Counted from the first letter of the stretch, positions 25,084-37,629 are shown. The stretch: 64,000 nt of DNA from Octopus sinensis (GCF_006345805.1 NC_042997.1:186806001-186870000); one strand, 5' to 3'. Program-made: numbers and translations. The notes: generated from the sequence alone by a model not told the origin.

Positions 25084-26069
25084 CGGGCTCTTTTCAGTTT
25101 CTGTCTACCAAATCCACCCACAAGGCTTTGGTCAGCCTGAGGCTATAGAAAAACACACTTGCTCATGGTGCCACGCAGTGGGACTGAACCCAAAAACATG
25201 TGGTTGGTAAGCAAGCTACTTACCACACAGCCACTCCTGCATCTGGAAAAGTGAAATTTTCACTTAAAATGCATGTGTTTGTGTTTATGTGTGCATGTGT
25301 ATTGTGTGTGTGTGTATCTGCGAAATAGAAAGACGGAGAGAGTGTGTGAGAGAGAGAAAGAGAGAAAGAGAGAGAGAGTAGCTATTAGGGACATGCATGT
25401 ACGTGTGTATACATATGCTGTGATTGTTGCTGTTTCTAACCCCAGGTCAGCAGACTTATGATCAAAGACACTCTAACTATGGCGATCCTGTGATTTACCT
25501 TATGTGCAGGTAACCCACAACTGCAGAATCAAACATGTCCTTTATTAACGATGTGACGCGAGGGTGATTTGGCTACTATTTCTAGCAGGTCAAGCAACCA
25601 CACTGCAGCTCCTTTGTCGGCTTGCATATGCTATATGCGTATTTAAAAGGAGTGGTCACGTGAAGTTCTGCATTCGTGTGTGTGTGTATACGCATGTGTG
25701 TGTGTGTGTATTTGTTCAGATCTCGGCTTATAATAGGAAGCAGCTTGCCAGACCAGTTGTTAATAAATAACAGGTAGATGGAGGTGTATTGCCTCCATAT
25801 TGCATGTGTGCATGTATGTATATGTGTGTGTGTGTGTGCTATGTCCAAGGATGTGTATGTGTGTGTTTATGTGTGCATGTATGTACGCGTAAAAACAGAT
25901 ACGAATTTACAACACTTGAAGTTAGTTATATGAGTGTATGCGTATATGAACATAGAAGCAGAAGATGTGTATCTGTAGATCCATGTATATGCGCACACGT
26001 AACCATTCATGAATACAGACAGACTCTTATGATATATTCACACCCATACACATACAAAGATGCTCTACT

Positions 26070-26088
26070 CATACATACATACATACAT

Positions 26089-26124
<36 letters not shown>

Positions 26125-26319
26125 CATACAAACTGACAGATGCATACATATGCAAATATACATGCATACATGTACATATATATATACATACATGAATACA
26201 TACATACATACGCAAATATACATGCATACATGTACATATATATATACATACATGAATACATACATACATACATATATATATATATTATACACATACATAA
26301 TACATATATATATATATAC

Positions 26320-26353
<34 letters not shown>

Positions 26354-26752
26354 TATATACACATATATATATATGCATATACACAGGTATATATATAGAG
26401 AGAGAGATAGATACACTCACACACATATATATATATATATATATATGCACACATACAGACATATATATATACATACATACAGACATATACGTGCATACAA
26501 AAAGACTTATACATAAAAATACGGATATATATATATATACATACGCACGGACCTATATATATATATATATATACATATGCATACATACAGGCATATATAT
26601 ACACACAGGCATATACATACATATATCCATACATGCACACATACATAAACACAGATGCATACATAAAAATATACACATATATGCACATGCACCCATGCAT
26701 GCACACATATGTAAACACACATATGTGCACACTCACACACACACATACATAC
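26070..26752. repeat. (TA)/(TACA)/(CA) compound microsatellite
   Basis: Directly visible. Confidence 0.95.
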
Positions 26753-26754
26753 AT

Positions 26755-27260
26755 ACAAGAAAACGAGGACATCTACAAACCATTGGTAAGGAGTTTGCAA
26801 ATGCAGTACCCAAGATGCGCTTTCAGCTTCATACCCATTATTCTTGGAGCAACAGGATACATACCGACCATTCTGGAGCAAAATACGGTTGAACTTGGAT
26901 TATTGCGGGGAGAACAGAAATTTGAAATTTGTAATTCATTTTGAAGGCGATGAGCTGGCAGAATCATTAGCACACTGGGCAAAATGCTTAGTGGTATTTC
27001 GTCTGCCATTACGTTCTGAGTTCAAATTAGGCATGGTTGACTTTGCCTTTCATCCTTTCGGGGTTGATAAATTAAGTACCAGTTATGTACTGGGGTCGAT
27101 GTAATCAACTTAATCCCTTTGTCTGTCCTTGTTTGTCCCCTCTATGTTTAGCCCCTTGTGGGCAATAAAGAAATAAGAAATTATTAATTCATAATCTACA
27201 GATGATCATGATATCTGGGACTATAAAAATCTGCAAGACATACTCAAGATTTAAAGGATG
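26755..27260 (+). pseudogene. C-terminal remnant of an RLE-type non-LTR retrotransposon, split by SINE-B
   Basis: [31 protein letters not shown], then after the SINE MIMISGTIKICKT (cf. IPVIVGALGMI...QKIVLTGTSHIL in the Dong-like ORF of this window). Confidence 0.6.
26946..27178 (+). mobile_element. SINE-B, full length
   Basis: GAGCTGGCAGAATCATTAGC head through GGGCAATAAAGAAATAAG tail. Confidence 0.85.
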
Positions 27261-27399
27261 ACAATTAAATCATGATACTTACCTTCACAACCTTGCTACC
27301 AAGTCAGTGACTGGTCCGAATTTACTCTAAATTTTTTTTAAAATGAGTAAACATACATACATACATACATACATACATACATACAGACAGACAGACAGA

Positions 27400-27850
27400 G
27401 AGGAGAAAGTTAATTCGATGACTAAAGAATACATCACTGGAATTGTAAAAATCTGTAAAACTTTCCAGAAATTTAGCATTTAAATATATATGAGCATGTC
27501 TAGATATGCAACTATATGCATGAGAATACATACATAAAACATACAAATCTGCACATACATACGTACATACATACATACATACATTCATACATACATACAT
27601 ACATACATTCATACATACATACATACATACATTCATGCATACATACATCCAGAAAGGAGAAAGCTAATTCGAAGACTAAAGATCCAATATATCACTGGAA
27701 TTGTAAAAGTCTGTAAAACTTTCCAGAAGTTTAGTGTTTAAATATATATGAGCGTGTCTAGATATAACTATATGCGTGAGAATACATGCATAAAACATAC
27801 AAATCTGCACATGCATACATACGTACATACATACATACATACATACATAC
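27400..27850. repeat. ~254-bp tandem duplication with (TACA)n spacers
   Basis: GGAGAAAG..TAATTCGA at 27402 and 27656. Confidence 0.85.
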
Positions 27851-27970
27851 ATACATACTACATACATACATACATACAAAAATACCATTGTTGATGTTGA
27901 AATTCCAATATAAAACAATATAAAACAAAACAAACAAATCTGCACATACATACATGCACACACATATACA

Positions 27971-28001
<31 letters not shown>

Positions 28002-28207
28002 CATACATACATACATACATACATACATACATACATACATACATACATACATACATACATACGTATGTACCTGCCTATACCGAAACTGTAACTTCACACT
28101 TTGCAATCAATAAGGTTTACATTTCCAATCTGAGTGCTTGTAGCCATAACTTAGTTACTAACCGTTGTACCCTGTATTGAGTACTTTTCTACCTAGTTTA
28201 TATATAC

Positions 28208-28244
<37 letters not shown>

Positions 28245-28351
28245 CATATATAAATGTTTGATTAATTATGTATATATGTATGTATGTGTGTGGCATGCAT
28301 ATATATGTATCACGCATGTGTGATGTGTGTTTGTATGTGTGTATGCGCTTA

Positions 28352-28680
28352 TCTTTTACTTATTTCAGCCATTGGACAGCAACCATGCTAGGGCCCTACC
28401 TTGAAGAGCTTTAGCCAAACAAATCAACCACAGTACATTTTTTTTAAAGTCTGGTACTTGTTCTATCAAGCTCTTTTGCCCAACTGCTAAGTCATGGAGA
28501 CACAAACACGAAGACAGACACATATCGGGCTTATTTCTGTTTCCATCAGCCAAATTCACTCGCAAGACTTTAATTAGCCCAAAGCTATGACAGAAGACAC
28601 TCACCCAAGTTGCCATGCAGTGGGACTGAACCCACAACCATGTGGTTGGTAAGCAAGCCTCTTACCACACAGCCAAACCT
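28352..28680 (-). mobile_element. SINE-A, degraded
   Basis: Recognisable head and tail motifs. Confidence 0.7.
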
Positions 28681-28904
28681 ATGTGTATATTAATTTCTTT
28701 AACATTTATTTGAGTTTCTCCCTTTGCAGAGTTCAAATTGGTCACTAACAAAGCAGCAAGGCTCTTTTGCTTAAATCAAGACAACCCCTAAGGACTTGTG
28801 GTTACCTGAATTGGTTAGTATCTGCATATATGTGTGTGCTTGTTAAAAAAATATATATATATTAGTAGCAGAGGCTGTATTAATATCAAGATGTAATACT
28901 CTTA

Positions 28905-29049
28905 CTCTTTTTACTCTTTGACTCTTTTACTTGTTTCAGTTATTTGACTGCAGCCATGCTGGAGCACCGCCTTTAGTCAAGCAAATCGACCCCAGGACTT
29001 ATTCTTTGTAAGCCTAGTACTTATTCTATCGGTCTCTTTTGCCGAACTG
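28905..29049 (-). mobile_element. SINE-A 3' part, abutting a mariner
   Basis: Tail motifs; ends at GCCGAACTG. Confidence 0.75.
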
Positions 29050-29966
29050 TCAGCATGGCCGACTGTTGTCATGGAGAAGAATTGCTCCTTTTCTATTGAC
29101 CAATGCTGGCTGTTGTTGTTGGAGTTTCTTATGCATTTCATCCATTTGCTGACAATACTTCTCCGCCGTAATGGTTTCACCTGGATCCAAAAAGCTGTGA
29201 TGGATGAGACCAGCCACAGACCACCAAACAGTCACCGTGACCTTTTTTTGGTGCAACTTTGGCTTCGGGAAGTGCTGTGGAGCTTCGTTGGTGTCCAACC
29301 ACTGAGCTGAACATCACCGGTTGTCATAAATAATCCACTTTTTATTGCAAGTCACAATCCGGTCGAGAAATGGGTCGTTCTTGTTGCATAAAAGAAGGGA
29401 AGGCAACACTTCAAAACGGCGTTTTATTTTTGATTGTCATTCAATTCGTGCGGCACCCATTTCTCAAGTATTTTTGTTTTCCCAATCTCTTTCAAGTGGT
29501 TGGAAATTGTTGTATATGTAATGTCTAATTCAGAAACAAGCTCTTGAACTAAGGCTCTTAGTTGATCATTGTCAACATCCGATGGACAACCACTATGCTT
29601 ATCATCTTCAAGACTCTCATTACCGCTACAAAATTTTTTTGAACCCCCATTGTGCTGTACAGTCACTAGTGGTTCCTGGGTCAAATGCATTGTTGATATC
29701 ACGAGCTGTTTCAGTAACTTTTTGGCCTAACATGAACTGGAAAAAGAAAATTGTGTGAATTTGCTTTTGGTCCATGTTGTATTCAATGTTCTGAAAAAAA
29801 TGGCCTAATTATTCAAAATGAAAAAAAGTAACACGATTAGATAGAGCGAAAAACAGGCTTTAAAATGATATATAAAGTCAAAGTATTTTAACGAAAATTA
29901 ATTTGAAACTACATAATTTAAAACCAAAATTTAAAATTCCACAAGAACTTTCTTGACAACCTAATA
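29050..29966 (-). mobile_element. Decayed mariner transposon (3'-truncated)
   Basis: TIR TATTAGGTTGTCAAGAAAG at about 29966; WVPHEL; KPKLHQKKVTVTVWW...GETITAEKYCQQ...LLHDNSRP (mariner DD34D domain motifs), frameshifted. Confidence 0.9.
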
Positions 29967-29971
29967 TGTTC

Positions 29972-30184
29972 TCTTTACTCTTTTATTTGTTTCAGTCATT
30001 TGACTGTAGCCATGCTGGAGCACAGCCTTTAGTCGAGTAAATCGACCCTAGGACTTATTCTTTGGAAGCCTAGTACTTATTCTATCGGTCTCTTTTGCTG
30101 AACTGCTAAGTTACAGGGATGTAAACACACCAGCATCAGTTGTCAAGCGATGTTACGGAAACAAACACAGACACACAAACATAT

Positions 30185-30227
<43 letters not shown>

Positions 30228-30320
30228 CGATGGGCTTCTTTCAGTTTCCGTCTACCAAATCCACTCACAAAGCTTTGATCAGCCCGAGGTACCATGCAGT
30301 GGGACTGAACTCAGAACCGT
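29972..30320 (-). mobile_element. SINE-A with internal deletion
   Basis: Tail, central (CA)(TA) tract and partial head. Confidence 0.8.
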
Positions 30321-30489
30321 CTAGTACACTCAGTGTGCTTGTCCAGTTCTTCATCTAATCCAATATTTCTCAACCTTTTTTTTTTAACCTACAGACCCCT
30401 TTGATTCCTGTTTTACTTGGATGGACCTTCCTAGGCATTTGATGGTTAAAAAAATTCTATTATATTTTCATAATTATATATTCTTTTCT

Positions 30490-30695
30490 ACTCTAGGCAC
30501 AAGGCCCCAAATTTTGGGGAGGGGGCCAGTCGATTAGATTGACACCAGTACGCAACTGGTACTCAATTTATTGACCCCGAAAGGATGAAAAGCAAAGTCG
30601 ACCTTGGTAGAATTTGAACTCAGAATGTAAAGTCAGACAAAATACTGCTATGCATTTCACCCGGTGTGCTAACATTTCTGCTAGCTCACCGCCTT
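30490..30695 (-). mobile_element. SINE-B
   Basis: GACCCCGAAAGGATGAAA...CTAGCTCACCGCC. Confidence 0.8.
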
Positions 30696-30818
30696 TTTAA
30701 GGTTAAATATTATTATTGTTATATTTGGGAATAGTCATATTTTTTGCCAATTAACCATGTGCACTATATATTCATTCTTCACTTCAGCTTTATTATTGTT
30801 CTTATTTTAGTGTCCTTT

Positions 30819-30861
30819 GTCTTAAATCTTTCATCACACATCCTGTGACCTCTTCAGTGAC
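30819..30861 (-). ncRNA. Hammerhead ribozyme motif in an older relative of the 24.5-kb palindrome arm
   Basis: GTCA-CTGAAGA-G-GTCAC-AGGATGT-GTGAT-GAA-AGATTT-A-AGAC; canonical CUGANGA/GAAA core. Confidence 0.6.
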
Positions 30862-31064
30862 TCTCTATCTCCTGTGTCTCCTGCTGTTATTAGGAATTGT
30901 ATAAAAAACAATTATTAAAATATTTTGTCTACTGTAGAAGCATAGCAATTTATTGCAGATAAGTTTTAACAACAAACCCCTATATAGACCCCTAAGGGAC
31001 AAATGGACCCCTGTTGAGAACAACTGATCTACTCTGATGATATTATGTATTTTGCTGTTAATCC

Positions 31065-31310
31065 ACCGAGGTCGGCTTTGCCTTTCATCCTTTCGGGGGT
31101 TAATAAATTAAGTACCAGTTGCACACTGGGGTCGATCTAATCGACTGGCACCCTCCCCCCAAATTTCAGGCCTTGAGCTTATATTAGAAAGGGCCTTTCT
31201 TCCTTTCAGGGGCTGATAAATTAAGTACCAGTTGCGTATTGGGGTCGATCTAACCGACTGGCTCCCTCCCCACAAATTTCAGGCCTTGAGCCTATAGTAG
31301 AAAGGATTGT
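31065..31310 (+). mobile_element. Two tandem SINE-B 3' parts
   Basis: TAAATTAAGTACCAGTTGC...AAATTTCAGGCCTTGAG occurs twice. Confidence 0.75.
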
Positions 31311-31464
31311 ACTTTTTTGCTTTTAAGTATATACAGTAAGTACTCATTTCTCTCCTTTACTATTCAGTTAGTATCATCTAAGTGATATAACATGGCACTG
31401 AAAACCTGTTTGGACTGCTTTTATACTTATGTCTCATTCCTCCATCTCACATAGATTCTTATTT

Positions 31465-31862
31465 CTTTATTGCCCACAAGGGACTACATACAGAGGGGAC
31501 AAACAAGGACAGACAAAGGGATTAAGTTAATTATATCGTCCTCAGTGCGTAGCTGGTACTTATTTAATTGACTCCGAAAGGATGAAAGGCAAAAATCAAC
31601 CTTGGCAGAATTTGAACTCAGAACGTAGCAGCAGACTAAATACCTATTTCTTTACTACTCACAAGGGGCTAAACACAGAGGGGACAAACAAGGACAGACA
31701 AACAGATTAAGTCGATTATATCGACCCCAGTGCGTAACTGGTACTTATTTAATCGACCCCGAAAGGATGAAAGGCAAAGTCAACCTCGGCGGAATTTGAA
31801 TTCAAAATGTAGCAGCAGACGAAATACCACTAAGCATTTCGCCCAGTGTGCTAACGATTCTA
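31465..31862 (-). mobile_element. Two tandem/nested SINE-B copies
   Basis: GGGGACAAACAAGGACAGACAAA at about 31495 and 31680. Confidence 0.85.
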
Positions 31863-31899
31863 CCATCTCACATAGATCCTGTCAGTGTCACAGTTGGTG

Positions 31900-32690
31900 T
31901 AGAAGTTATTAGTGGTCATTAGTATTTTCTTAGCCTTGATGTCCAATTTGCCTATTTCTTCAAGTGTCCAGTCAGATACCCCAAAAGTTGGCCCTTGCAC
32001 TGACACTGAAAAGGCACTGTATGAGATGGTTTTATTGAATACAGACAGCTCTGACTTCCATTCCTTCTAAAGTCTGCAGACATATTCTTTTGTCACTCTA
32101 GCTTTATTCACAGCACCAGCATATGTGATATTCTCATCAATTCCTAGGTAGTTGTAACATTCAATATTGGAGATAGACTGTTGGTATCCATATTCCTTGC
32201 CTAGTTGGCAATCTTCCTTCATTTGACAACCAAGTATGAACTCTTATCCTGACTAATCTCCATTCTTATGCCTCACAAGAATGCTGTAGCCGATTCTATC
32301 ATTTGGGGGTCATAAATATTGCTCAAAAACAGCTAAGATCATCAACAAAAATGGTATGGGTGATATTAATTTTTTCTCTCCTCTGCAGATTCTCTCATGA
32401 AGCCTTTACATTTCATTAACAGAATTGACAAAGGATTCACTGCTAGAATAAGAATCATTATAGAGAAGCTGTCACCTGGCAATTCTCCTGTTGATTGCCT
32501 AATTCTGTAAGTGATTATAGTAATAGCTTCAGTTTTTATCAATAGATCTGTGGACCATGTTGCCATCAGTTTCTTGAATTTGCCCCTAAATTTAGCTGTT
32601 AATGTTTCTTGTTGCCAGTTTGTGTAGATCTTAAATTATCATAAAGTCACAGCTGGTTGTCTGTGAATTTATTATTCATTTGGCACTTGA
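31900..32690 (-). pseudogene. Old R4/Dong-type reverse transcriptase remnant
   Basis: PGDSFSIMILILAVNPLSILL (cf. QGDSLSP..NPLS); YNYLGIDENITY...KEYVCRL...SELSVFNK...TFGVSDWTLEEI..LDIKAKKIL, with stops and frameshifts. Confidence 0.7.
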
Positions 32691-32734
32691 CACTCTTTAA
32701 CTATTCAATATTTTTCCCAAGTCTGCTGATATTT

Positions 32735-32949
32735 TACTTTTCTTTCTTTCTTTTACTTGTTTCAGTCATTTGACTGCGGCCATGCTGGAGCACCGCCTTT
32801 AGTCGAGCAAATCGACCCCAGGACTTATTCTTTGTAAGCCCAGTACTTATTCTATCGGTCTCTTTTGCCGAACCGCTAAGTGACGGGGACGTAAACACAC
32901 CAGCATCGGTTGTCAAGCAATGCTAGTGGGACAAACAGAGACATACACA

Positions 32950-32993
<44 letters not shown>

Positions 32994-33165
32994 CATATAT
33001 ACGACAGGCTTCTTTCAGTTTCCGTCTACCAAATCCACTCACAAGGCATTGGTCGGCCTGGGGCTATAGCAGAAGACACTTGCCCAAGATGCCACACAGT
33101 GAGACTGAACCCAGAACCATGTGGTTGGTTAGCAAGCTACTTACCACACAGCCACTCCTGCGCCT
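32735..33165 (-). mobile_element. SINE-A, full length, young
   Basis: Near-identical to the reverse complement of 16645-17065. Confidence 0.9.
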
Positions 33166-33457
33166 ATTGAGAAGAATTCCATTTTTACTGTTGAGAAGAA
33201 TCCCATTTTGATTGTGTTTTCTCACTACAATTAATCTCCTTTACTCCAATCTATTGGCAAATTGTGACCACAACACAATATAGTAAGACATTCGAATATC
33301 CAAAAGTTAGAATTTTCAACCTGAACTAGTTGTTCCTTAGCAACTTGGTCGATCAAAGACAAAAGGTTTTCTCTTGATTTACACCATGACTGTCCTTTCG
33401 TGTCATTGTTTATTCATATAAATGATGAAATTTCATTTGAATTTTGCAGTCAATTGT

Positions 33458-33476
33458 CATCATCATCATCATCATT

Positions 33477-33509
<33 letters not shown>

Positions 33510-34565
33510 GTTTAACGTCCGCTTTCCATGCTGGCATGGGTTGGACGATTTGACTGAGGACTGGCGAACCAGATGGCTGCACCAGGCTCCAATCTAATCT
33601 GGCAAAGTTTCTACAGCTAGATGTCCTTCTTAATGCCAACCACTCCAAGAGTGTAGTGGGTGCTTTTACGTGCCACCAGCATGAGGGCTAGTCAGGCGAT
33701 ACTGGCAACGGCCATGCTCAAATGGTGCTTTTTACATGCCACCTGCACAGGAGCCAATCCAGCATCACTGGCAACGACCTCGCTTGAATGTTGTTTTTCA
33801 CATACCACTGGCACAAGTGACAGTAAGGCGATGTTGGTAACGATCACGCTCGAATGGTGCTTTTTACGTGCCACCAGCACGGGGGCCAGTCAGCAGCCCT
33901 GGCAATAATCATGCTCGGATGGTGCTTTTAGCACTCCACTAGCACAGGTACCAGTCATGCGGTGCTGTCATCAAATTTGATTTTGATTTCACTTGCCTCA
34001 ACAGGACTTCGCAAGCATAGTGTCCAATGAAGGAAAAGTATGCATAAGTGGTCTGTTTACACCACTGGCATCAGCCACGAGTTATGGTCTCACTTGGCTT
34101 GCCAGGACTTCTCAAGCACAGCATATTTCCAAAGGTCTCGGTAACTAGTCATGGCACCAGCACAGGACTCTTATACAATTTCATTTGAATTTTGCAATCA
34201 TGTATTTAAGTTATTTAAATTCTTCCTTCATTTCCATTAGTTAATGAGCAGCTACTGCACAGCCATATAATCCTGGCATCCTCGACTCAGTGTTGTTCTT
34301 GTTGTTCGTATGGTCGCATTGGTTACAGTTTGTACAGGACTCTTGTAGATCAATCCTCACTACCAGGTGAACAGGTTTTAACACTTCTGCTGTGGAGTAC
34401 AAGTCTTCTTGTGTACAGCAAGACACTAGACATCTCAGTCCTTTGTCATTTTGACTGAAAGGTTCAGTGCCCTAAGGTCATTCTTCAGTACTTCATTCCA
34501 TGTCTTCCTAAGTCTTCCATTTCCACATGTTCCATCTACTTTGAGAGATCAGCAATATGATACGT
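33458..34565 (-). mobile_element. RTE LINE 3' remnant: ORF C-terminus plus family-C 3' UTR with tandem units and (GAT)n tail
   Basis: About 34420-34545 on the minus strand reads LKVDGTCGNGRLRKTWNEVLKNDLRAL (cf. RTE GRPRKTW..V..DL); links family C to an RTE 3' end. Confidence 0.7.
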
Positions 34566-34725
34566 ATGGTACATATTCCAAATTTTATTTCAGCTATTAG
34601 AATAACTTGGAACTTATGAAAAAAGAGGCCAACTAAAAGCCAGAAATTAAGCACAGACATTTAGGATGAACTTATGAAAATGTTTTGAACATGGAAAGAG
34701 TTAATTGTTGCTCTTCCACAGGTAG

Positions 34726-35616
34726 GATCTGATATATGAAGAGGTTGCTGGAATGGCCATGGACACCAGAATGGAACCCAAGAATGCTGGCTTATTTGTT
34801 GGCTATCTTGAGTTCCAAATATTTGATCTGATATGTGAAGAGTTCACTGGAATGGCCATGAGCACCAGAATGGAACCCAACAATGCTGTCTTATTTGTTG
34901 GTTATCTTGAGTTCCAAATATTTGATCTGATATATGAAGTGGTCACTGGAATGGCCATGAGCACCAGAATGGAACCCAACAATGCTAGCTTACTTGTTGG
35001 CTATCTTGAGCTCCAAATATTTGATCTGATATGTGAAGAGGTCACTGGAATGGCCATGAGTGCCAGAATGGAACCCAACAATGCTAGCTTACTTGTTGGC
35101 TATCTTGAGCTCCAAATATTTGATCTGATATGTGAAGAGGTCACTGGAATGGCCATGAGTGCCAGAATGGAACCCAACAACGCTAGCTTACTTGTTGGCT
35201 ATCTTGAGCTCCAAATATTTGATCTGATATGTGAAGAGGTCACTGGAATGGCCATGAGTGCCAGAATGGAACCCAACAACGCTAGCTTACTTGTTGGCTA
35301 TCTTGAGCTCCAAATATTTGATCTGATATGTGAAGAGGTCACTGGAATGGCCATGAGCACCAGAATGGAACCCAACAATGCTGGCTTATTTGTTGGCTAT
35401 CTTGAATTCCAAATATTTGATCCGATATGTGAAGAGGTCACTGGAATGGCAATGAGTGCCAGAATGGAACCCAACAACGCTAGCTTATTTGTTGGCTATC
35501 TTGAATTCCAAATATTTGATCCGATATGTGAAGAGGTCACTGGAATGGCCATGAGTGCCAGAATGGAACCCAAAAATGCTAGCTTATTTGTTGGCTATCT
35601 TGAGTTCCAAATATTT
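34726..35616. repeat. Minisatellite of exactly nine 99-bp units
   Basis: ATGGCCATG at 34753, 34852, 34951 and onward; 891 bp = 9 x 99; no indels. Confidence 0.97.
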
Positions 35617-35652
35617 CTCCAATTCACTGGGAGGTATCTGGTTATTACATAA
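34726..35652 (+). CDS. Putative ORF/exon of nine 33-aa repeats (MAMSARMEPNNASLLVGYLELQIFDLICEEVTG); coding status unproven
   Basis: The only one of six frames that is open across the array; AG at 34724-34725 after a pyrimidine-rich tract; weak donor AG/GTATCT at 35633/35634. Confidence 0.2.
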   Translation, partial: DLIYEEVAGMAMDTRMEPKNAGLFVGYLEFQIFDLICEEFTGMAMSTRMEPNNAVLFVGYLEFQIFDLIYEVVTGMAMSTRMEPNNASLLVGYLELQIFDLICEEVTGMAMSARMEPNNASLLVGYLELQIFDLICEEVTGMAMSARMEPNNASLLVGYLELQIFDLICEEVTGMAMSARMEPNNASLLVGYLELQIFDLICEEVTGMAMSTRMEPNNAGLFVGYLEFQIFDPICEEVTGMAMSARMEPNNASLFVGYLEFQIFDPICEEVTGMAMSARMEPKNASLFVGYLEFQIFLQFTGRYLVIT

Positions 35653-36098
35653 ACAACTGCATCAGAGCCACTTCTGTCTTCCATGAAGAGGGTGTGATTT
35701 GAGGCAGATTTGGCAGTTATTCTTAACCAGTGGAGCGATTTCGTATTGGCTTGTGTTTGCTTCTTCTAATCCTGTTGCTGGAAACATTGCCAAGTGTATT
35801 GACACAATCTGCACACATCGTTTTATTGGTGCAAGCGTGTAATCAGGATTTATGGGCCACAACATGCAGTAAATGCATTGACATATTAAAAACAAGGTAG
35901 GCTTAAAACAGATGGTGGTGATAATGATTGCAACAATGATGCGGATGGTGGTAGTGGTGAAGGAAGAGGATGATGACTTGAGCAGATTTTTATCTCAGCA
36001 TTGTCAGTCATCAAACACAGTTATCAATTTCAAGTCAGTGTTTGATCGCTCTCTTCCACTCAATTTCTCTCTAACTCTCTCTTTCTCTAAGGTAATAC

Positions 36099-36169
<71 letters not shown>

Positions 36170-36299
36170 TTCAGATGAATCTGGTACTTAAGTTGAGGCA
36201 CCAGAATTTAGTATGGTATTATCCATACAATTTCAAAGTAAGGTGATTAAAATCAAAATAAGCAACAAGGATATCCAGAATATATATATCTATATTTTT

Positions 36300-36457
36300 T
36301 TATACTTTTATTCTTTTACTTGTTTCAGTCATTTGACTGTGGCCATGCTGGAGCACTACCCGTAGTCATACAAATCAACCCCAGGACTTATGCTTTGTAA
36401 GCCTAGTACTTATTCTATCGGTCCCTTTTGCCAAAATGCTGAGTTACAGGGATGTAA
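36300..36457 (-). mobile_element. SINE-A 3' part
   Basis: Tail motifs. Confidence 0.75.
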
Positions 36458-36814
36458 GAGAAAAGATAGAAGAGATAGATAGATACGTCCAGTCCTTAGA
36501 AGAGTGCTGAAAGAAAAGAAAGATGATCATGTGAGGAAAAGAAAGATGGACGAAGGTCAACAAGAGAGAGAAGAGGAGAAAGAGGGGGAGAGGACTGGAT
36601 GTATCAATTTCTCTCTTCTATCTTTTCTTTTGTCAAAGAAAATATTTCTCCAGCATTCACTATTTTACCCTCATTCTGGTCTAACGACCCACCATGTTTG
36701 TTTTCATTCGTTTTCCTTGTATGTCTCCACTGTCCTGTTTTTGTTCCTGACTTTGACCCTCCATAAATCCAAAATTTTCTTTTGGTATTTATGGGAGCAA
36801 CTCTCTTCAAGAGA

Positions 36815-37563
36815 CCAAAGTGTACATACATTGCTATATCTATATAAAAACAGAATACATAAAATGGGACAAGAAAGCAACAGGCAACAACAAGACATCC
36901 AGACAGTTAGATGATACAAAAAAGGACAAGTAAAAACAAGGACGGGTCATTTGGAGTTTTCTTTCGTCAGTCGAGTTCCAGATTATCTTTGCAGGTTTAA
37001 CTGATTTTACTCAAGACTGCTCCAATCTGGCCAGCCCCAAAGAATATCTAAGCTAAGAGCACTAGATTCCTTGGAAGAAAGTAGTGAATGTATACAAAAA
37101 CAAGGATGGAAAAAACAGAGCAATGGTACACAAATACAAATGCAAACAACAGGACATTAACAACAGGTGTATTTTGACTAAGAGCGAATTAAATTAAGCT
37201 GGCATGTGTAGAAGTGAAAATATCCTGTTGTTTGCATTTGTATTTGTGTACCATTTCTCCAATTTTTTCCGTCCTTGTTTTCGTATACATTCACTGCTTT
37301 CTTCCAAGAAATCTAGTGCTCTTAGCTTAGTTTTTTCTTGGGGCTGGCCAGATTGGAACAGTCTTGAGTATAACCAGCCAAAACTGCAAAGATACTCTGG
37401 AACTCGACTGATGAAAGAAAACTCCGAATGATCTTTCTTTGTTTTTTTCTTGTCTCTTTTTGTATCATCTAATTTTCTGGATGTCTTGTTGTCACCTGTT
37501 GCGTTCTTATCCCATTTTTTTGGAATTCTTTTTTTATATACATATAGTGATGTGCATACACTT
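36815..37563. repeat. ~345-bp inverted repeat with a 60-bp spacer
   Basis: Arms at about 36815-37158 and 37219-37563, roughly 80-85% identical by eye. Confidence 0.9.
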
Positions 37564-37582
37564 GATTTCTTATATGTAAGTG

Positions 37583-37629
<47 letters not shown>

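Larger units (their letters stand above)
24150..25242 (-). mobile_element. SINE-A split at its central (TA)n by a palindromic insert
   Basis: 3' half at 24150-24290 and 5' half at 25082-25242, in the same orientation and collinear order. Confidence 0.75.
30363..31027. mobile_element. hAT-like MITE (TTCTCAAC / GTTGAGAA ends) carrying nested SINE-B and PLE-like inserts
   Basis: Ends ATTTCTCAACC and GTTGAGAACAACTG; similar to 48354-48897. Confidence 0.5.

Noticed and set aside
34726-35616. Minus-strand repeated 32-nt mini-exon/67-nt intron pattern in the 99-bp array
   Set aside because: The GTAAGC donor exists in only four units and the exon length is not a multiple of three.
34726-35616. CRISPR-like or ankyrin-repeat interpretation of the array
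   Set aside because: There are no unique spacers, the context is eukaryotic, and the 33-aa unit lacks the ankyrin TPLH/GA consensus.
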